DNA of 64,000 nucleotides from Ostrea edulis (Eukaryota): NCBI RefSeq assembly GCF_947568905.1, contig NC_079169.1, positions 66,712,001 to 66,776,000 of the forward strand, read 5' to 3'. Shown piece by piece: positions 59,301 to 64,000 of this stretch (position 1 is its first letter; each line of letters starts with the position of its first letter). The notes under the pieces were generated by a model. It saw only the letters and a program-made list of their open reading frames with translations, ran no database searches and was not told where the DNA came from. The position numbers and the translations under genes were made by a program.

Positions 59301-62300
59301 CATGCTTGTAGATATTCAAATAGTTACTTTAATGCAATCCTGTACAGCGGGGTACTTTTAAATACCAACGCAGGGTCCCAATTCTTCTATGATTTTATAG
59401 AAATCTGCCAATCATATAAATTGATTCATTTTGTCAGTCCTCGATCAGATAAGAGACAATCATTAAATGTACAGGGATGCATTCTAATTCATTGCTGTGT
59501 AAGGATTTAATTCTTTGTTGGGAACGGTGCGATGTAAAGTCCAGGTCTTTTGTAGTTTGTAATTTAGTCCATTATCAAATAGTCTGCTCATTCATTGCAT
59601 GTCAAAGATTTTTCCTTCACCGTAACAATTATTGACCGTAATAAACATTCTTGATGACAAAGTGAATTCAAATTCGATGACTGTTGTCCCCTCAGAAATA
59701 TATTTCATAAATTCAAAATCAGTGGGCATCCTTTTTCTAATACTAGTTATTGCAATTCGATATAATGTAATAGATGCTGAGATACCCAATGAAGAATGAG
59801 TTAGTATATTGGAAATATTTTTTATTTCTCTAAGTAAAACCTTTCGAAACGTAAATCCTTGTATCATAAACACTTTGAAGGAAAAAAGCGGTGTTTGGGA
59901 AATATAGAAAAACTGATATCAATAGATTTGTATTCAATGCTTAAAGGGGCATTAGCTGCCAAAGTATGTTTGCCGATTATTACTAAAATGACAAAAAACA
60001 TTGATAAAAATCACCATTGACGTTTAAATCTATGCATCATACAACATTTTGTTGTGTGTAATTTTACAGAAAGTTTCTTTTGTTTGTACAGAAACAGTTG
60101 GTGAAACAATATTGTATGAAAGTAAATGATTAATTGCCAAAACATTTTACAAACTTTGATCGAAGATTGCATCATTTCGACTGTGAGAGTTATCCTTCTT
60201 TGTTTTAAACATATTCCTGCATTTTAATCAGGATTGTTGCTAGTGCCCCTTTAAAATTTCATGAAGTGCTTAACTAACATGGCATGTGATATTGTGCAAT
60301 AGTTTGGGTTGTAAGGCGATTATAAAATGAGTATGTCAGCTGGTTACTAACAAATAAAGTTTGTTTTGTTGTTTTGCAGCCAAACGAAAACGACAAAATG
60401 CTTGATATAAGTCCCTACGTACAAGTAATAGAATTGTTTATAACTTGGAAGTTTGTGATTTGTTGAGAATAACAATATTAAAAAATGGAAATGCATCGAT
60501 AACACTGCCTAACCTTTTATCAAAACAAGTTTAAAGATCAACATCATATACGTAATGTTTTTATTTGCCTGTTAACCTAGATTTGAAGTAGACAACTAAC
60601 GTATTTCACTTTTTACTAACGATTGTTGTAATCAGAAACGTTCAGAACTCAATTTTCATTCATGTCAAAATAAGATTAATCATATAATTTATTACAGTAG
60701 AATATCTACATGTATCATAAATAAAACATGAAGGAAATGAATATCGATTTTGTATGCTTCTTTCATTATTGTGGTCATGCTGTCATCAGCGAATGGAGTT
60801 CGCTCTGATTCCCTCTGTTTCCTGATTCTGTGTGGTCTATCCTGTCTTTTTTGAGTCCATTTACGGGACGTTTACTGGACTTACTGTCATCATAATGTAT
60901 AGCACGGATTTCTCTTTGTTTCACAGCTGTCCACCCTTTCTTGGCTACTTTTGCGCCATTTGTAAACTAACTCTTATGTCTTGCTTTCAATATAGTTTCC
61001 TCCATTCGTCTTTTCCTCATTTACATTACTTTCAACATTCTTTCTATCCTTTATGTCACGTCTGTCTGTATCATACTAGTAACCTCTATCTCTTTCCTTC
61101 CTTTCTCTGGATAGAGCTATCAGAGCGACGATTCTAACAATCACAATAAGTTTAAGGAGAACTGGGAACTATTCGCTTATGATGACAATCCCATGCGTCT
61201 TCGAGTCCACCCCGGTAAGGCAACAGTGATGCATGAATTGGTTCGTAAATTTCAGGACAGACCTGGCTATAATCCATCCGGGCCAAGAGATAGTACAAGG
61301 CTTGACCAGATCAGCCGAGACCCAGGTGAGTACAAAATCCTCCTTACTACAGAAAAGTTAAGACCTCTAAGATTATCAATTCTTTTATGAATGTTGTTAT
61401 GGTGACTAGCATCTCAATTAGCTGTATAAACATCATACAAATTGTGTGTAAAGCATAATGTATGTTGTTTTAAATGATATGTTTCAACTCTACAGCTAAT
61501 ATGGGGTCTCCGAAGAATAACTCACCCCACGAACCGAAAAACGAACAAGGCGAGATTGTTCCAAGCCCCCCAGCTGCTGTAAGCCTTATCATAATGTCAA
61601 AATTGAAAAGAAAGCTTTAGATTGTATAATGACTTAATGTCTAGCATGTATATATAACAGAATTATTCTAAGATAAATTCCTTGCTAATTCTATCATTCT
61701 TCTGCCTTTGCCTTTTCTACTCTTACCTATTTTCCTCTTTCTTTCTGTCTGACACAGTGCAGTGGTTCTATAGTTGATCGTCTTGGAACCCCCGGGGGCG
61801 GGGCTCCCCTCAAAACCGGTTCCGGAAATCATATGAAAACTCGTATGAACTCTGCCAAAATAATCCGCTTTCAGAATGGAAGCAAATGGGAAGTCGAAAA
61901 TATTATGCGGTATGATAAGGACTCGCTAGCAAAAGAGGAGTATTCCAAGGATCTCAGTAATTGCTGCCTTTTTCTGTGTTTGCTTTTGGCAAATATTCAC
62001 TGCATGAGCGTTTTCATAAAAGAAACAAAAGCTGTTTTTTAAACGACATATAACTTTTAACTGTGGAATGATATTTTATTTTTTATCATTTTAAAAAAAT
62101 AACTGCATGTCTGAACACATCCTGTGCATCTTTCATTTGCATTTTGTCATGTTTATTAACACAATTTAAACTGTATAAAACCCATAAACATAGTTTTTGT
62201 GTTCATGATGACGCATGCAGCATGTCGTGGTGCGTTTATAAGTTGTACAGATGCTTGTAATGACACAATGATTCATGGACTGAAATTATGCAACTGGAAA

Positions 62301-63576
62301 GTTCAGTTCAGTGTTTCTGATTGGAAATTTCTCCGTCCTCTGTAAGCCTTCACGTGTTGATTTCTTAAGTAACACAGTGCCAATTTCAACAAAACTACAC
62401 ACAAAGCATCGTTGGCGGATGGAGATTCATGCTAGTTACACGACTTTGTAACGGGAGATAAACTTTTTAAAAGTAAAAACATGTTGGGGCATTTTAAAAT
62501 CCTCACAAAACCAGTGTACCAGAGAAACCGTAACTTGCAAGCATCCTTTTATAGTGTAGATTCGTTTTTTAAAGAAAAATCATGATCCCTGTAGCCAGGA
62601 TGAAACCACAATAATGTTTTAAGTTTTGCAAAGGAATATATAGGGACATTCTTATTCTTAATTTTTTTTTTATTAAGAACCACATAGAGTTTGTCAGATT
62701 GATATACAAGAGTCATTATGGAAAATACACTCAGGTTTGTTCAAACCATGGTCTCCGGGGATTAAAGTCATAAAATAGGAGTATATAGGAAATTCTTTGA
62801 ATCCCCTCTCACAAAAATATGTCGGATCAATCTTTATACAATGAAGATTAACATTTGTTCACACCATGCCCCCCCCCCCCCCCCCCCTCTCGGTATAGGC
62901 TAGGCCACAAGAGGGGTTAAACATTTTACAAGGTAAAAAAAACCTTGAGAACTAGAAGGATTTTTATGTGTAGATTCATGATTGTTCACACCATGATTGA
63001 GGGTGTAGGACGGTAGGACGGGACCATAATAAAGGTTTTAACATTTTAAATTGGACTGGATTATATGGGAAAATTCTTTGAAAATCATCAAATTGATATG
63101 CAATATAGATTTACGTGTGGTAACATCATGTGCTAAATGACAAGAAAGAAGTCTGGTGATGGGATTTAATGTCACTGCTCAGGTGAGCGATGTGGTTCAC
63201 ATGCCTCTTGTTTAATATTGAAAGATAGGTAAAGTAATATTGAAATAAAAAAAAATGTATGTTTAACAAATGAGATTGATATCTAAGCATAAAATAATTA
63301 AGAATACTAAAGGGTTTAGGAAGAAATCATATTTTATAGCTTAGACTACTTTTCTTTCACAACAATAACTTGGAAACGAAATGCCCCAGAGTTATGCTCT
63401 GTTCATTTCTTAAAAAGAAGAAGCAATATGTTTAAAAACAGACGGGAAGGAACAGTTATAGTATATCACAGATAACGAATCACACTTTGTCTCATTTTTC
63501 AGACATGCAGCAAAAGCAGGAAACCCTCCGAAACCAGGAAGAAAAATTACAAAACCTCAAACAGGAACTAAATCAC
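53347..63576 (+). CDS. Uncharacterised coiled-coil protein with CSPP1-like PWGxxGGGAP motifs, 5' part (~497 codons; continues past window)
   Basis: In-phase GT-AG exons: 53347-53419, 53514-53708, 53852-53860, 54215-54304, 54816-54884, 55600-55714, 56033-56147, 56373-56402, 57029-57088 (MLKNYNPWGRPGGGAPM), 58500-58574, 59174-59227, 60380-60418 (or 60424), 61115-61325, 61496-61578, 61758-61956 (RLGTPGGGAPLKTGSGN), 63503-63576. The start exon is tentative. Confidence 0.75.
58575..58870 (+). repeat. 57-60-bp tandem repeat starting at a donor site, with repeated G|GTAAGC donors
   Basis: GTAAGCATC at 58575, 58635, 58692 and 58749, then degenerate copies. Confidence 0.9.
59945..60250. mobile_element. 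TTAA-flanked MITE (Kolobok- or CryptonV-type)
   Basis: TTAA|AGGGGCATTAGC ... GCTAGTGCCCCT|TTAA. Confidence 0.7.
62600..63212 (-). mobile_element. Degenerate Helentron-type (HINE) element
   Basis: Minus-strand 5' end AACAAGAGGCATGTGAACCACATCGCTCACCTGAG, similar to ends at about 13765 and 21985. Internal degenerate TTCACACCATG repeats. Left boundary approximate. Confidence 0.5.
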
Positions 63577-64000
63577 GTGAGTTCATCACCCTGACGAGTT
63601 CAGAGATTCAGATTCAGAGATATTGTTTACAACTATTTCAAAAGATAACCGAGTTTTCAAACTGAACAAATCCTATTAAAACTTTTTCAACATATGACGC
63701 TGATTTTTACAGTTAAAGGCAGCCACAACTGACAGACGGCCAGGTAATGCTACCCTGCTCTCCTGCTACACTAACCACCATTCACTCTTTTTCCTTTTTT
63801 GAAGCTACTCGCACCAACATCGCTTCTAGCTGGACACGCACTATCTACCAACATTGCTTCTTGTATTCATTATTATCACTGTTCATGTTCTTCCACGTTC
63901 GTTGTGCTGATACGTCTTGGAAACAGAATCCCATTGCTTCACCCACAAAGCTTTCCCCCTCTTTTTCCAAACTTCCACGTGACTATTCTAGACTGTCTTT

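Noticed and set aside
59592-59873. 93-aa minus-strand ORF in an intron
   Set aside because: No recognisable motif, AT-rich, and no partner exons found; left unannotated pending BLAST.
60780-61110. Purine-rich minus-strand stretch that translates to plausible peptides
   Set aside because: Interrupted by stops with no coherent splice sites; explained by the pyrimidine-rich intron upstream of the 61115 acceptor.

Overview
AT-rich, intron-rich animal genomic DNA. The repeat types (Helentron-type HINEs, tRNA-SINE, many MITEs) suggest a bivalve mollusc such as an oyster; this is an inference. Genes reconstructed by hand from splice sites and reading phase: the 5' six coding exons of CCT5 (minus, 2671-7741, continues off the left edge); a divergent 3-exon TEX49/SPMIP11-like gene (8144-9718); a single-coding-exon secreted 10-Cys peptide (13444-13722); a complete 37-exon TTC21B/IFT139 (minus, 14990-40005, 1316 aa); a partly resolved orphan gene head-to-head with TTC21B (40443 to about 50092); and a 16-exon gene with CSPP1-like PWGxxGGGAP motifs (53347 to beyond 63576). 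Best observations: (1) a complete 370-bp miniature LTR retrotransposon whose LTRs carry a tRNA cloverleaf, with PBS, PPT and a 4-bp TSD (Helenus-type TRIM); (2) repeated tandem arrays that copy exon-intron junctions, producing rows of decoy splice sites, one of them fully in frame; (3) the orphan Cys-rich peptide with a helical-hairpin toxin-like cysteine spacing; (4) candidate microexons; (5) a young P-like MITE with 405-bp TIRs. No database searches were run; protein identities come from recalled family motifs.
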